In this document: positions 39,371 to 49,012 of the stretch, piece after piece
Position numbering within the stretch: position 1 is the stretch's first letter
Layout of the letters: each line of letters begins with the position of its first letter
Assembly: GCA_963786515.1 (NCBI GenBank)
Contig: CAWAZM010000017.1
Location: forward strand, 17,832-81,831
DNA length: 64,000 nt
From: Vulcanimicrobiota bacterium
Lineage (GTDB): Bacteria; Vulcanimicrobiota; Vulcanimicrobiia; Vulcanimicrobiales; Vulcanimicrobiaceae
Reading direction: 5' to 3'
Translations under genes and position numbers: made by a program
The notes under the pieces: model-generated
The model's database searches: none
What the model saw: the letters and a program-made list of their open reading frames with translations, nothing else
What the model was told of the DNA's origin: nothing

Positions 39371-40713
39371 GCCGGCTGTTCGGCACCGACGGCATCCGCG
39401 GCGTCGCCAATGAGTACCTAACGCCCGAACTGGCCTTCGCCGTCGGGCGGCCGCCGCAACCGTGCTGGTAGCCGAAGCCGACGGCCGGCCGATGGTGGTC
39501 GGTCGAGACACCCGCTGCTCGGGGACCATGCTCGAAGCCGCTATTGTGGCCGGCATTACGTCGGCCGGCCGCGATACGGTGTCCCTCGGCATCGTTCCGA
39601 CGCCCGCCGTCGCGTGCGTCACGCGGCACGAAGGCGCGGCCGCGGGCGTCATGATTAGCGCCTCGCATAATCCGGTGCCCGACAACGGTATCAAGTTCTT
39701 TGGTGCCGACGGATTCAAACTGAGCGACGCCCTGGAAGACACGATCGAGGCCGCCATGACGGCCGGCACGGGCGCACGCCCGACCGGAACCGGCGTCGGC
39801 GTTGCGCGAATCGCCGCCAATTTAGGGCGGTTATACTACGAGCAGTTATACGACGGCGCGGCCGACCTGAGCGGACTGCGCGTCATCGTGGACTGCGCGT
39901 ATGGCGCGGCGTATGCGATCGCGCCCTATGCGTTGCGCAAGCTCGGCGCCGACGTGATCGAACTGCATTGCGAAAACGACGGTACGCGCATCAACGTCAA
40001 CTGCGGGGCGACGCACATGGAGTCGCTCGAAGCCGCCGTACGCGAACGAATCGCCGCGGGCGAGCGAAACGTGGTGGGCGTCGCGTTCGACGGCGATGCC
40101 GATCGCGCGTTGTTCGTCGATGAAGAAGGCTGTCGTTTAAGCGGCGATCACGTGATGTACGCGCTCGCCGACGGCGTTGCACGATGCGGGAACGCTACCC
40201 GGCGACACGATCGTCGGAACGGTCATGAGCAATATCGGTTTCGAACGCGCGCTGCAGGCGCGCGGCATCGCGCTCGAGCGCACCGCCGTCGGCGACCGCT
40301 ACGTGTTGGAACGCATGCGCGAAGGCGGGTTCGTCTTGGGCGGCGAGCAGTCCGGACACATCATCGATTTGCTCACCAATACCACCGGCGACGGCCCGAT
40401 GACCGCCGTTACGCTGTTCGGCATTGCCGCGCGCGCCGGCGTTCGTTTGCACGATCTCGCGCGCGAAGTCGTAATCGCGCCGCAAGTTTTGGTGAACGTC
40501 AAGACACGTTCCAAAGACGTGCTGCAGCGCGAGGCCGTTCGCCGTGCGATCCAAGAAGCCGAGGCGCGCTTAGGGAACGACGGCCGGCTCTTAGTGCGTC
40601 CGTCCGGAACCGAGCCGCTGGTTCGAGTGATGGCCGAGGGTAGCGAGCGAGCGCTCGTGGACGATGTAGTCGCCAGGGTCGTCAGTGTGATTGAGAGGGA
40701 GATTAAAGCCTAG
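39367..40713 (+). pseudogene. glmM: Phosphoglucosamine mutase split by two frame breaks (about 39444-39455 and 40165-40180)
   Basis: [28 protein letters not shown], then LVAEADGRPMVVGRDTR...ISASHNPVPDNGIKFF...FDGDADR, then GDTIVGTVMSNIGFE...GGEQSGHII...RPSGTEPLVRVMAEG. The three collinear pieces cover a full-length GlmM. Confidence 0.9.
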
Positions 40714-40779
40714 ACAGAAACCTAACCAGCGTCATCGTCCGGCAAGTAACAGCGCCGGTTCGAGTGACGTTACGCCTGC

Positions 40780-40912
40780 ACAAGATCACTGAATCGGGTC
40801 CCAGCGAGGATCCGAGCGGGGGACTCTCTGGTGGGGTGAATGAGCCGGTCGGCTCTAGGGCGACTCTTTCCGTCCGAACCCGTCAACTAACCTCGCAAGT
40901 GTCGTCAAAGAG
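40780..40912 (+). promoter_or_regulatory. c-di-AMP riboswitch (ydaO-yuaA class) in the leader of the NlpC/P60 gene
   Basis: Conserved cores are readable: GAGCGGGGGAC, GGGGTGAAT, TAGGGCGAC, CCGAACCCGTCAACTAACCTCGCAAG. The SD AAAGAGAGG follows immediately. No U-tract terminator is present. Confidence 0.8.
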
Positions 40913-40925
40913 AGGTATCTATTTC

Positions 40926-41540
40926 TTGCGTCACGCGTTAGCTGCCGGAGCGTTCGCCCTTTCGATTGCCGCTACAGGCACGTTCGCTCAAGCTCATACC
41001 CAACAAAATTCCCCCACGATCGCGTTCACCGCACCGTCCACGACGACGAGCCAGCGTGCCGTCAGTCCAGACGTTGCTGAGTGGACCCAGCGCCTGGTGA
41101 TCACCACACCGGCGCGTCATTCGGCCAGCTTTGGCCGGTTCGCGGGTGGCATCTTAGCCCGCACCTCCAAGATGGCAACCCTGCTCACGCACAGCGCCCT
41201 GCGCTTTTTGGGAACGCCGTACGTCTTCGGCGGAACCACCGCAGCCGGTTTCGATTGCTCGGCATTCGTGCAGCACGTGTTCGGCATGGCCGGCATCGCG
41301 TTGCCGCGCACGGCCGATGCACAATACGACGTCGGCAAACCGGCCGTCGGCGGACCGCGCCCGGGCGATCTCGTGTTCTTTCAGACGTATACCGAAGGCG
41401 TGTCGCACGTCGGCATCTATCTCGGAAACGGCAAGTTCGTACACGCCAGCTCGAGCCACGGCGTCATGGTGAGCCACCTTTCGGAATCGTATTGGTCCTC
41501 GCGCTATCTCGGCGCGAAACGTCTCGTCGCGACGCGTTAG
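40926..41540 (+). CDS. NlpC/P60 family peptidoglycan endopeptidase, secreted
   Basis: TTG at 40926 lies 10 nt after the AAGAGAGG SD. Signal peptide LRHALAAGAFALSIAATGTFAQA. Catalytic FDCSAFVQHVF ... SHVGIYLGNGKFVHA. Confidence 0.85.
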   Translation: MRHALAAGAFALSIAATGTFAQAHTQQNSPTIAFTAPSTTTSQRAVSPDVAEWTQRLVITTPARHSASFGRFAGGILARTSKMATLLTHSALRFLGTPYVFGGTTAAGFDCSAFVQHVFGMAGIALPRTADAQYDVGKPAVGGPRPGDLVFFQTYTEGVSHVGIYLGNGKFVHASSSHGVMVSHLSESYWSSRYLGAKRLVATR

Positions 41541-41597
41541 AAGCCGCTCGGCTTCAAGGGGCTCCGTCCGGCCATCGCCAAATGGCGATACTGCCGA

Positions 41598-41669
41598 TGG
41601 GGTGTAGCCAAGCGGTAAGGCAGTGGACTTTGACTCCGCCATGCGTTGGTTCGAATCCAGCCACCCCAG
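41598..41669 (+). tRNA. tRNA-Gln (anticodon UUG), CCA not encoded
   Basis: Cloverleaf folded by hand: acceptor TGGGGTG/CACCCCA, anticodon stem GTGGA/TCCGC with loop CTTTGAC, T-arm GTTGG-TTCGAAT-CCAGC. Close to E. coli tRNA-Gln. Confidence 0.9.
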
Positions 41670-41680
41670 TACTCCGCTTT

Positions 41681-41712
41681 GCGCACGCGATTCTCGCGTG
41701 CGCTTTTGCGTT
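41681..41712 (+). terminator. Intrinsic terminator after tRNA-Gln
   Basis: Perfect 9-bp stem GCGCACGCG-attct-CGCGTGCGC followed by TTTTGCGTT. Confidence 0.8.
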
Positions 41713-41890
41713 CGCGAACCCGCCGGTTGCGAGGTCGTATGAATAGCGGCAGCGCCAAGTGCCTAGCCCGGATTACGAAAAGATGAGGCTGCGGCTACTT
41801 GGCGACACGGCGGACAGGCGCGCATCGAAGCAGACGCGAAGGCGCCGGGCCTTAGAGCGTTTTTCCCCACGTCCTAGAGTGCTGGAGGCT

Positions 41891-42265
41891 ATGTCTCACG
41901 ACGAACTGACGATCGACGTCAAATCTGAAAAACACGGCGAAGCGCTGGTGTTCAAACTGCGTGGCAGCTTAGATCTCGCGACCGCGCCGACGGTGCGCGC
42001 CGCGTTAACCGATGCGGCCGGCGATGCGAACCGCCACCTGGTCGTGGATCTCACGCAGATCGAGTTTCTCGACTCCACCGGCTTAGGTGCGTTGATCGGC
42101 GCTCACCGCCGCGCGAGCGAACACAATGGTTCGTTGCGTTTAGTCGTGACCGAAGGCCCGATCGCTCGGCTGCTCAACATCACCGGATTGTTGCGCGTGT
42201 TCTCGGTCTATCACGACCTCAAGGACGCGCTCGCCGATCAGGCTCGGGTTACCGCAGCTCCGTAA
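41891..42265 (+). CDS. STAS-domain anti-sigma-factor antagonist
   Basis: GGAGG SD. FKLRGSLDLATAPTVRAAL ... VVDLTQIEFLDSTGLGALIG phosphorylatable Ser motif. Confidence 0.8.
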   Translation: MSHDELTIDVKSEKHGEALVFKLRGSLDLATAPTVRAALTDAAGDANRHLVVDLTQIEFLDSTGLGALIGAHRRASEHNGSLRLVVTEGPIARLLNITGLLRVFSVYHDLKDALADQARVTAAP

Positions 42266-43620
42266 GCAGCGTAGGCGTCGTCGAGCAGTTCGACGACGTG
42301 CTTGACCCCGGCGTTAAGACCGGCCTCGCGCAATCCCGCCGCAACCTGCATCGCGCAACCCGGATTCGCCGTAGCCACCACGTCGGCCGCGGTGGTTTCG
42401 ATGTTGTCGATTTTGCGCCGGCGTAAGCGCGCAGACATCGCCGGCCGTGTCAGGTTGTAGATTCCGGCGCTACCGCAGCACAAATCGCTTTCGTTCATCT
42501 CGATCAGTTGCAGACCCGGTATACGTTGCAGTAACCGCCGGGGGGCGGCGCTGACGCGCTGTGCGTGCACCAGGTGACACGGTTCCTGGTAGGTGACGCG
42601 AACGTGTAGTTCGCCGATCGCCGGATCGAGTTCGCTCGCGTCGAGTACTTCGCATACGTCGCGGACGCGTTGCGAAAAACGGTTGGCGCGCTCGGCCCAT
42701 TCTGGATCCGCGGCAAACAGCGTTCCGTATTCTTTGAGGGCCGAACCGCAGCCGGCCGCGTCGACGACGTAGACGTCGGCCTTGCTGCGTTCGAACGCGG
42801 CGATATTGCGCGTTGCCAACTCGCGTCCGAACTCCATTTCTCCGGCATGCACCCCGATCGCGCCGCAGCAACCCTGGTCCTGCGGAATCACGACCGATAA
42901 GCGCGCTCGCAACAACATCCGAATCGTCGCTTCGTGGACCTGGGGGAAGGCGAACTGCATCACGCAGCCGGTATGCAAAAACGCCACGCCCACCGGACGT
43001 TCGGCGTCGATCCGGCGCTGCTCGGGTTGGAAGAAGCGTTCGGGCATCGCCGGTGCCAGCGCGACGGCATCGCGTAATCCGATGGCGGAGGCCACGGACG
43101 TCAACCCAGTGCGCTGGGCGAACCGTAGGAGTGTGGCCATCGCGCGCATCAAAGCGAGGTTGCGAAACGGTGCTTTGAGCAAGAGGCCGCGCGCCCAGCC
43201 TCGTACCGGCGATTCGCGGGCAGCTTGCGCGGTTCGGATTTGTGCCCGCGCCGTTTCGACCAAGCGCCCGTACTCTACGCCCGACGGACAGGCCGTCTCA
43301 CACGCGCGGCAATCCAAACACTCGTGCATCTGATTCACGAAGCCCGGACTCAAGAGGTCGAGGCGCCCTTCGTTAACCGCCTTGATCAATCCAATCCGGC
43401 CTCGCGGTCCCGACGTTTCGATTAGGGTTTCTATGTATGTCGGACACGTCGGAAGACAAAAGCCGCAACGAATGCAGCGATCGAACACGTCGGCGGGCGG
43501 CCGATCCTCACCGGAAAAACCCGATGGCGGCGGTTGGATCATTGCTTGCGACGTTCGCCCTGCATGACCGCACGCTCCCCCACGCGAAGTATCGATTTGG
43601 AGGCTTTGCATCGTTGTCAC
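42238..43620 (-). CDS. (Fe-S)-binding oxidoreductase subunit, GlcF/heterodisulfide-reductase-like
   Basis: Two ferredoxin motifs, CIRCGFCLPTCP and CLDCRACETACP, plus two CCG-type Cys-rich repeats. Start is uncertain. Confidence 0.75.
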   Translation of the reverse strand: MTTMQSLQIDTSRGGACGHAGRTSQAMIQPPPSGFSGEDRPPADVFDRCIRCGFCLPTCPTYIETLIETSGPRGRIGLIKAVNEGRLDLLSPGFVNQMHECLDCRACETACPSGVEYGRLVETARAQIRTAQAARESPVRGWARGLLLKAPFRNLALMRAMATLLRFAQRTGLTSVASAIGLRDAVALAPAMPERFFQPEQRRIDAERPVGVAFLHTGCVMQFAFPQVHEATIRMLLRARLSVVIPQDQGCCGAIGVHAGEMEFGRELATRNIAAFERSKADVYVVDAAGCGSALKEYGTLFAADPEWAERANRFSQRVRDVCEVLDASELDPAIGELHVRVTYQEPCHLVHAQRVSAAPRRLLQRIPGLQLIEMNESDLCCGSAGIYNLTRPAMSARLRRRKIDNIETTAADVVATANPGCAMQVAAGLREAGLNAGVKHVVELLDDAYAAYGAAVTRA

Positions 43621-44714
43621 ACACCGTTACTAACGACTATAATCTCGCGTCGGAAGACCGCCTGCGGCGTTTCGTTACCGAAGCACTCGTTCGCTCCGGC
43701 GTTGCGGCCGAACAAGCGGCCGTTGTGGCCGACGTGCTCGTCACCGCCGATTTGCGCGGTATCGAATCGCACGGCGTGGCGCGGCTCGAATCGTATTACG
43801 TGAGCCGCATCCGCAACGGCCATTTGAATCCAAAACCCAATTACGAAATCGTGCGCGAGACCGAAACGACGGTGCTCTACGACGCCGATAACGGTTTGGG
43901 GCACCCGGTCGGCAAGATGGCGATGGAAAAAGTGCTGGAGAAGGCCGCTAAACACGGCTCCGCCTTCGGCGGGGTGCGTAATTCCAACCATTTCGGAATC
44001 GCCGGCTATTACGCGATGATGGGCCTCGAGCGCAATATGATCGGCATGGCTTCGACCAACTCGGTGAAGTATGGCGCGCCGACGTTCGGCCGCGACGTCT
44101 TGCTCGGCACCAATCCGCTCGCGTTCGCGATTCCGGCCGGAAAAGAGCCGGCGTTCGTCCTCGATTTTGCGACGACGACGGTCCCGAAGGGCAAGCTGGA
44201 AGTGTACAAGCGAAAGAACCAGCCGTTGCTCGAGGGCTGGGCCATCGACAACAAAGGCCAGATGACGAACGACCCGGATGAAGCGCTGCGCGGCGCGCTG
44301 CTGCCCCTAGGCGGTTTCGGCACCGAGGGCGGCGGCCACAAAGGGTACGGCCTGGGCTTGCTGGTCAACATCCTGTGCGGCGTGCTATCCGGTGGCGCGT
44401 TCGGTCCGACGCTGCCGGTGGTGACCGACGTCAGAGAGGGTGCGATCTCGCATTGGTTCGGCGCGTTTCGCGTCAACGGTTTCCGCGACATCGTCGCGTT
44501 TAAGGCCGATATGGACCGCGAGCTGCGCTACTTCAAGGAGAGTTCGCGCGCGCCCGGCGAGGATCGAATCTACGTCGCGGGCGAGCCGGAACATGAAAAG
44601 ACGGCGCACCATCGCGCCAACGGCGTTCCGGTGCACGAAGCCGTGTGGCGCGGGTTGCAGAAGTTGGGCGGTGAGTTGGACCTGCCGTTCGACATCGCGC
44701 ACGGTACCGCGTGA
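43614..44714 (+). CDS. Ldh_2 family (malate/L-lactate/ureidoglycolate dehydrogenase-like) oxidoreductase
   Basis: ADLRGIESHGVARLESYY ... NHFGIAGYYA. TTG at 43614 behind a GGAGG SD. The longer ORF start at 43437 is antisense to glcF. Confidence 0.75.
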   Translation: MSHTVTNDYNLASEDRLRRFVTEALVRSGVAAEQAAVVADVLVTADLRGIESHGVARLESYYVSRIRNGHLNPKPNYEIVRETETTVLYDADNGLGHPVGKMAMEKVLEKAAKHGSAFGGVRNSNHFGIAGYYAMMGLERNMIGMASTNSVKYGAPTFGRDVLLGTNPLAFAIPAGKEPAFVLDFATTTVPKGKLEVYKRKNQPLLEGWAIDNKGQMTNDPDEALRGALLPLGGFGTEGGGHKGYGLGLLVNILCGVLSGGAFGPTLPVVTDVREGAISHWFGAFRVNGFRDIVAFKADMDRELRYFKESSRAPGEDRIYVAGEPEHEKTAHHRANGVPVHEAVWRGLQKLGGELDLPFDIAHGTA

Positions 44715-45172
44715 GCTTTCGCGACGGTGAAAACGAGGTTGAGTCGATCCACGTCAACGTCGCCTGCACCGCCGGCGCGCACACGATCGGAAGCGCGGCG
44801 TTTTTTCACTACATCCTCCGGTTAGTCGAACTCGGATTACCGCTGGCAACCCTCGACCAAGAAGCCGTCGAGATCCTGGCCGCCATCCCGCACGCCTTCG
44901 AGACCGGACGCGACGGCTCGCGTTCCTACGGCAGCGGGTGGCGCGTTATTCCGGCGCAGGGCGAACTCGACTGGGCGGTCCTCGAGGCTACGCCCGAACG
45001 CTTGCACAGTGCGTTGGAACGTGCGCGCGGCATCTTGTGGCAGAACGCCGCGCAATTCCACGTGAGCGCGCGAGAGATCACCGCCATCGAAGACGAACTC
45101 GAGGCGGTCTACGGGTTATTGATGCAGGCAAAAGCGGCCGGCGTCCCCGTCAATGTTTCGTATGTCGCGTAA
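44711..45172 (+). CDS. Hypothetical protein
   Basis: 153-aa ORF, GTGA-coupled to the upstream gene. I recognise no motif. Confidence 0.45.
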   Translation: MSFRDGENEVESIHVNVACTAGAHTIGSAAFFHYILRLVELGLPLATLDQEAVEILAAIPHAFETGRDGSRSYGSGWRVIPAQGELDWAVLEATPERLHSALERARGILWQNAAQFHVSAREITAIEDELEAVYGLLMQAKAAGVPVNVSYVA

Positions 45173-45199
45173 GACCGCACGATTCCGCAGATAGCGACG

Positions 45200-46054
45200 T
45201 TGCCGCTACGCGGCGCCGGCGGCGAACCGATCTCGTTTGCGCGTACCGTCCACTCGCACGGCGTGGCGCGCCTCCTACCGGCGCAGATCGTCGAGGGTCC
45301 ACCACTGGCGTACCGCCGCACGCTTCGGGTCGATGGCGCGCTCGTTACAATTGCGCTAACCGAGCGCGATGGTAACCTGCACATCGATTCCAACCGTCGC
45401 GCGGGCCGCGTCGCCAAGAATGAAATCGAACGCGTCGTGGCGCGCATGTTCCGCTTCGACGACAATTTAGCGCCGTTTTATGCCATGATTGCCGGCGACG
45501 ATCGACTGCGTTGGGCGGCCGCCGGGGCCGGACGCATGTTGGCCAGCCCGACGGTATTCGAAGACACGATCAAGACGATCTGCACCACCAACTGTGCGTG
45601 GTCTGCAACGATCCGTATGACGAACGCGCTCGCCGAACTCGGTGACGGCGCATTTCCGGAGCCGGCGTTGCTCGCGCGAACGCCGGACGCATGGTTCAAA
45701 GACGTCGCGCGCATGGGCTATCGCGGGGCGTACGTGCGTGCGATCGCTCGCGACGTTGACGATGGTTCGCTCGATTTGGAATCGTTTCTGTCGTCGGCCG
45801 GACGAAGCGACGACGACGTCGAGGCCGCACTCTTGGAGTTGCCCGGAATCGGGCCGTACGGCGCCGCCCACGTGATGCAACTGCTCGGCCGCCATCGCAA
45901 TCTGGTCCTCGATTCGTGGACGCGTCCCACGTTTCTCAAGATCGAGAAAAAGAAACAAGCCAAAGATTCGACCATCCGCCGCGCATACGCGAAATACGGC
46001 GATTATGCGGGCTTGGCGTTTTGGTTGATGCTCACGCATGCTTGGACCGACTGA
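45200..46054 (+). CDS. HhH-GPD superfamily DNA glycosylase (AlkA-like)
   Basis: LLELPGIGPYGAAHVMQLLG helix-hairpin-helix and a downstream catalytic Asp region. 284 aa. Confidence 0.65.
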   Translation: MPLRGAGGEPISFARTVHSHGVARLLPAQIVEGPPLAYRRTLRVDGALVTIALTERDGNLHIDSNRRAGRVAKNEIERVVARMFRFDDNLAPFYAMIAGDDRLRWAAAGAGRMLASPTVFEDTIKTICTTNCAWSATIRMTNALAELGDGAFPEPALLARTPDAWFKDVARMGYRGAYVRAIARDVDDGSLDLESFLSSAGRSDDDVEAALLELPGIGPYGAAHVMQLLGRHRNLVLDSWTRPTFLKIEKKKQAKDSTIRRAYAKYGDYAGLAFWLMLTHAWTD

Positions 46055-46137
46055 AGTCGCCGCACGCTTTCAAGGATATTCATAGCAATCCGGGTATAAG
46101 CTGACAAACCGGACCCCCAAAGAAAGATTTTCGTAAT

Positions 46138-47022
46138 TTGAACGTCACCTTTAGGCGCTGGACAAACGGGGTCGGCATTGGTCTGATCCACATCGCCGCA
46201 CTCGCCGCATTCTTACCGGGTATGACGCACTGGAGCTCGGTCGCTGTGGCCTTCGTCTTACTCTGGGTGACCGGCGGATTGGGCATCAATCTTTGCTACC
46301 ACCGGGTGCTCACGCACCGGTCGGTGCGACTTCTCAAGCCGGTCGAATACATACTCGCAACGATCGGGACGCTATCGCTCCAAGGCGACCCCGTCCGTTG
46401 GGTCGCCATCCACCGCAAACATCACGCCTTCGCCGACCGCGAAGGCGATCCGCACGGCCGGGATCGCGGTTTCTTGTGGTCGCATATGGATTGGCTCTAC
46501 AAGCCCAACGATGCGCTTATGAACGAAGAAGAGCTCGTCCGGTATGTCCCGGACATGGCCAACGATCGTTTCTACAAAGCCCTCCCCTACCTGCAGTGGA
46601 TCGCGCATTTCGCGCTCGCCGGTTTGTTGTTCGCGTTCGGCGGCTGGAGTTGGATCGTTTGGGGCATCTTCGTTCGACTCGTCGTGAGCTACCACGTCAC
46701 GTGGTTCGTGAACAGCGCAGCGCATTCGCTCGGGTATCGTACGTACGTGACGCGCGACCTATCGACGAACTGCTGGTGGGTCGCATTACTCGCCTGGGGC
46801 GAAGGCTGGCACAACAACCACCACGCCTTCCCGTATTCGGCGCGCCACGGCCTGAAGTGGTTCGAAGTCGACCCGACCTGGTGGAGCGTCCAAACGTTGA
46901 AGTTTCTCCGGCTCGCCGATTCGATCAAGCTTCCGCCGGCCGCGGCGCTCCACCGCAAGCCGGTCCCTGCGACGGTTCCGGTCCCAGTAACCGCCACGCG
47001 ACAAGCGTCTAGGGGTTACTGA
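46138..47022 (+). CDS. Acyl-CoA/acyl-lipid delta-9-type fatty acid desaturase
   Basis: Three His boxes: HRVLTHRS, HRKHHAFAD, HNNHHAFP. Four TM segments. Confidence 0.85.
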   Translation: MNVTFRRWTNGVGIGLIHIAALAAFLPGMTHWSSVAVAFVLLWVTGGLGINLCYHRVLTHRSVRLLKPVEYILATIGTLSLQGDPVRWVAIHRKHHAFADREGDPHGRDRGFLWSHMDWLYKPNDALMNEEELVRYVPDMANDRFYKALPYLQWIAHFALAGLLFAFGGWSWIVWGIFVRLVVSYHVTWFVNSAAHSLGYRTYVTRDLSTNCWWVALLAWGEGWHNNHHAFPYSARHGLKWFEVDPTWWSVQTLKFLRLADSIKLPPAAALHRKPVPATVPVPVTATRQASRGY

Positions 47023-47974
47023 CGACCGCTCCCAGCGGAGCGTAGAGTCCGCGGACGGTTTTTGTCGGTTTGCCGCCGGCGGGGTAGTTCCAGATCTCGA
47101 CCGAGGCCGTGCCGGAATCCGGGCCGATGATACTCCCCCGCTCGATCCAGAACTGAAAGATGTGAACGGCGTGTTTTAACGCCGTCGAGTCTCGAAGCGT
47201 ACCCTTACCCGATGTTATTGCGAATCGATCGACGACGTTGTCGGCTTGATCTCCGACCGCGAGAAACTTCCCATCCCACTGCACCGCGCCGGGATTGCCG
47301 ACGCCCTTGTCGAGCGCGACCGAAACGATCGTGTTCTGTCCAGCCGGAAGTTCGTCTAGAGCAAAACTGCTCGCGCTGGTCAGACCATCCGCAAACAGAT
47401 TGCCTTTGTTATCGTAACCGCAGAGCAAAAACTGTGGCGTGTTTGCGTCCGCGTAGGCTTCGACCGGCTTTCCCTTCGCGTGTTTGTAGATAACGATGTT
47501 TCCCGAAGCGCTCGAGTTCGATGAAAAGTTGGTAACGGCGAGATTGCCGGTCGTAGGGTCGATGGCGCAGCCGATGGGAAAATAGCCCGGGTCTTTCAAG
47601 GTGACGGTGGGCTTTGCGGCACCGTGAGCGTACTCGATCACATTGCTTGCACCGGTGTTGGTCACAAACACGTTGCCTTTGGCATCCACGCACTCGCCGC
47701 CCGGATCGGTGAGCCCGGTGAGCGTGCCCGCGGACGTTCCCTTCGGGTAATCGAACACGTAGACATCGCCGCTTTCCGTATCCGAAACGTAGAGCAACGC
47801 GCCGCTCTTGGCTCCGTCGCGCATCCACGAAGGAGCTCGATCGGGCCGTACTTGTGCGGCTCGCTGTTGCGGCAGCAAGTTAGCCGATCCATTAAGGTTG
47901 GGCGTGCCGACCGGCCCGCTACACGCGGCGAAACCGAAGGCGAGAAGAAGGGCGATGCGGGCAATAATCGTCAT
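47009..47974 (-). CDS. Lipoprotein paralog 3 (beta-propeller-like)
   Basis: MTIIARIALLLAFGFAACSG lipobox. LYVSDTESGDVYVFDYP, NVIEYAHG, WDGKFLAVGDQ and NYPAGGKP blocks are shared with 13977-15045. Confidence 0.7.
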   Translation of the reverse strand: MTIIARIALLLAFGFAACSGPVGTPNLNGSANLLPQQRAAQVRPDRAPSWMRDGAKSGALLYVSDTESGDVYVFDYPKGTSAGTLTGLTDPGGECVDAKGNVFVTNTGASNVIEYAHGAAKPTVTLKDPGYFPIGCAIDPTTGNLAVTNFSSNSSASGNIVIYKHAKGKPVEAYADANTPQFLLCGYDNKGNLFADGLTSASSFALDELPAGQNTIVSVALDKGVGNPGAVQWDGKFLAVGDQADNVVDRFAITSGKGTLRDSTALKHAVHIFQFWIERGSIIGPDSGTASVEIWNYPAGGKPTKTVRGLYAPLGAVVSNP

Positions 47975-48096
47975 AACGGCCTTTGCTTCCGCGACGGCCA
48001 AGCGGCCCCTCGCGGAAGCCGCTTGCGGATGTAAAGTAGGGTCCGGTGGGGTTTCGCCTAGACTAATCCCATAATGAGGAGTACGCTGGGCCCGTT

Positions 48097-48381
48097 ATGG
48101 TAGAAAAAACGCTCGGCTCCGACGAGCCCGTTTCTGTTGCGCAATTCTGGTCGAAGTTTCCGGAGTTCATGGAACGCATCGCAGCAAAAAAATACGAGTT
48201 ACAAACGCAGCCCGGTGGAGTGTCGTTCACGCGCGCGGACGGCAAAGTAGCGTCACTGATTGCAACGCGAGAGGCATCCGGCAACGTCGTGATGGTTTGG
48301 CGCTCGTTCTCCGGCATCGAAGACAGCTATCGCAGCGGCGGCGCCTCGGTCGGAAATGTAATTTACAACCTGGAAAGCTAA
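48097..48381 (+). CDS. Hypothetical protein
   Basis: 94-aa ORF with balanced composition. No motif recognised. Confidence 0.4.
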   Translation: MVEKTLGSDEPVSVAQFWSKFPEFMERIAAKKYELQTQPGGVSFTRADGKVASLIATREASGNVVMVWRSFSGIEDSYRSGGASVGNVIYNLES

Positions 48382-48394
48382 CGTTTTCATCAAT

Positions 48395-49012
48395 ATGTTG
48401 CACGCGGCCGACACCCCGCCACCTCCCGCATATCGAACGCCGGCGCCGGCGCGCTCGCATGTGAGCGTAACCTTCGTATCCTGTGGCGCCGGCAGCGCAA
48501 GCACCGTGTCGTTCATTACGGCTCCGTCCGGAAAGGTCGTGGCAAGTGGCGCACTGCAGCGGCAGCCATCCGGTCTACAAACCTATTCCGCGACGCTGTA
48601 TCCTGGCTATTACACAATCGTGGCCGGCGTGTTGCCATGCACCACATCGCACGAACTCGTCGTGTTGCCCGGCAAGAATCGATCGATCGTGCTTCGCGGA
48701 CAAGACCAGTTGTTAATGCGATCGGGAGCGGGAGGCTTGGCTGGAACGTTTCCGGAGAACGGCGTCCGCATCATCGTCAACTGCGCGGAAATGAATCAGG
48801 GCATCGTCAGATATACGGCAATCCTTCAAGACGGCGCCTATTACTTCGACTCCATTCGTAGTCCGGCAACATGCAATCTCTCCGTTTTGTCCGGCGAGAG
48901 CGATGAAAAACCGCTTTTCTCGTTACAAAAGCTCGTTATTCCACCACATGCGATCGTCCGCCGCGACATCGATTGGACGGATCTAACTAGCGGCGTTTTG
49001 CCTCGCCAATAG
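48395..49012 (+). CDS. Hypothetical protein
   Basis: 205-aa ORF, beta-rich, several Cys residues. No motif recognised. Confidence 0.4.
   Translation: MLHAADTPPPPAYRTPAPARSHVSVTFVSCGAGSASTVSFITAPSGKVVASGALQRQPSGLQTYSATLYPGYYTIVAGVLPCTTSHELVVLPGKNRSIVLRGQDQLLMRSGAGGLAGTFPENGVRIIVNCAEMNQGIVRYTAILQDGAYYFDSIRSPATCNLSVLSGESDEKPLFSLQKLVIPPHAIVRRDIDWTDLTSGVLPRQ

Noticed and set aside
39367-40713. Programmed ribosomal frameshifting in glmM and other broken genes
   Set aside because: No slippery heptamers or downstream structures are evident at the junctions. The breaks occur in unrelated genes in both directions, which fits indel errors or mutations better.
40764-40925. Longer N-terminus for the NlpC/P60 gene (ORF start at 40764)
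   Set aside because: This stretch is the riboswitch RNA. A signal peptide and SD support the TTG at 40926.
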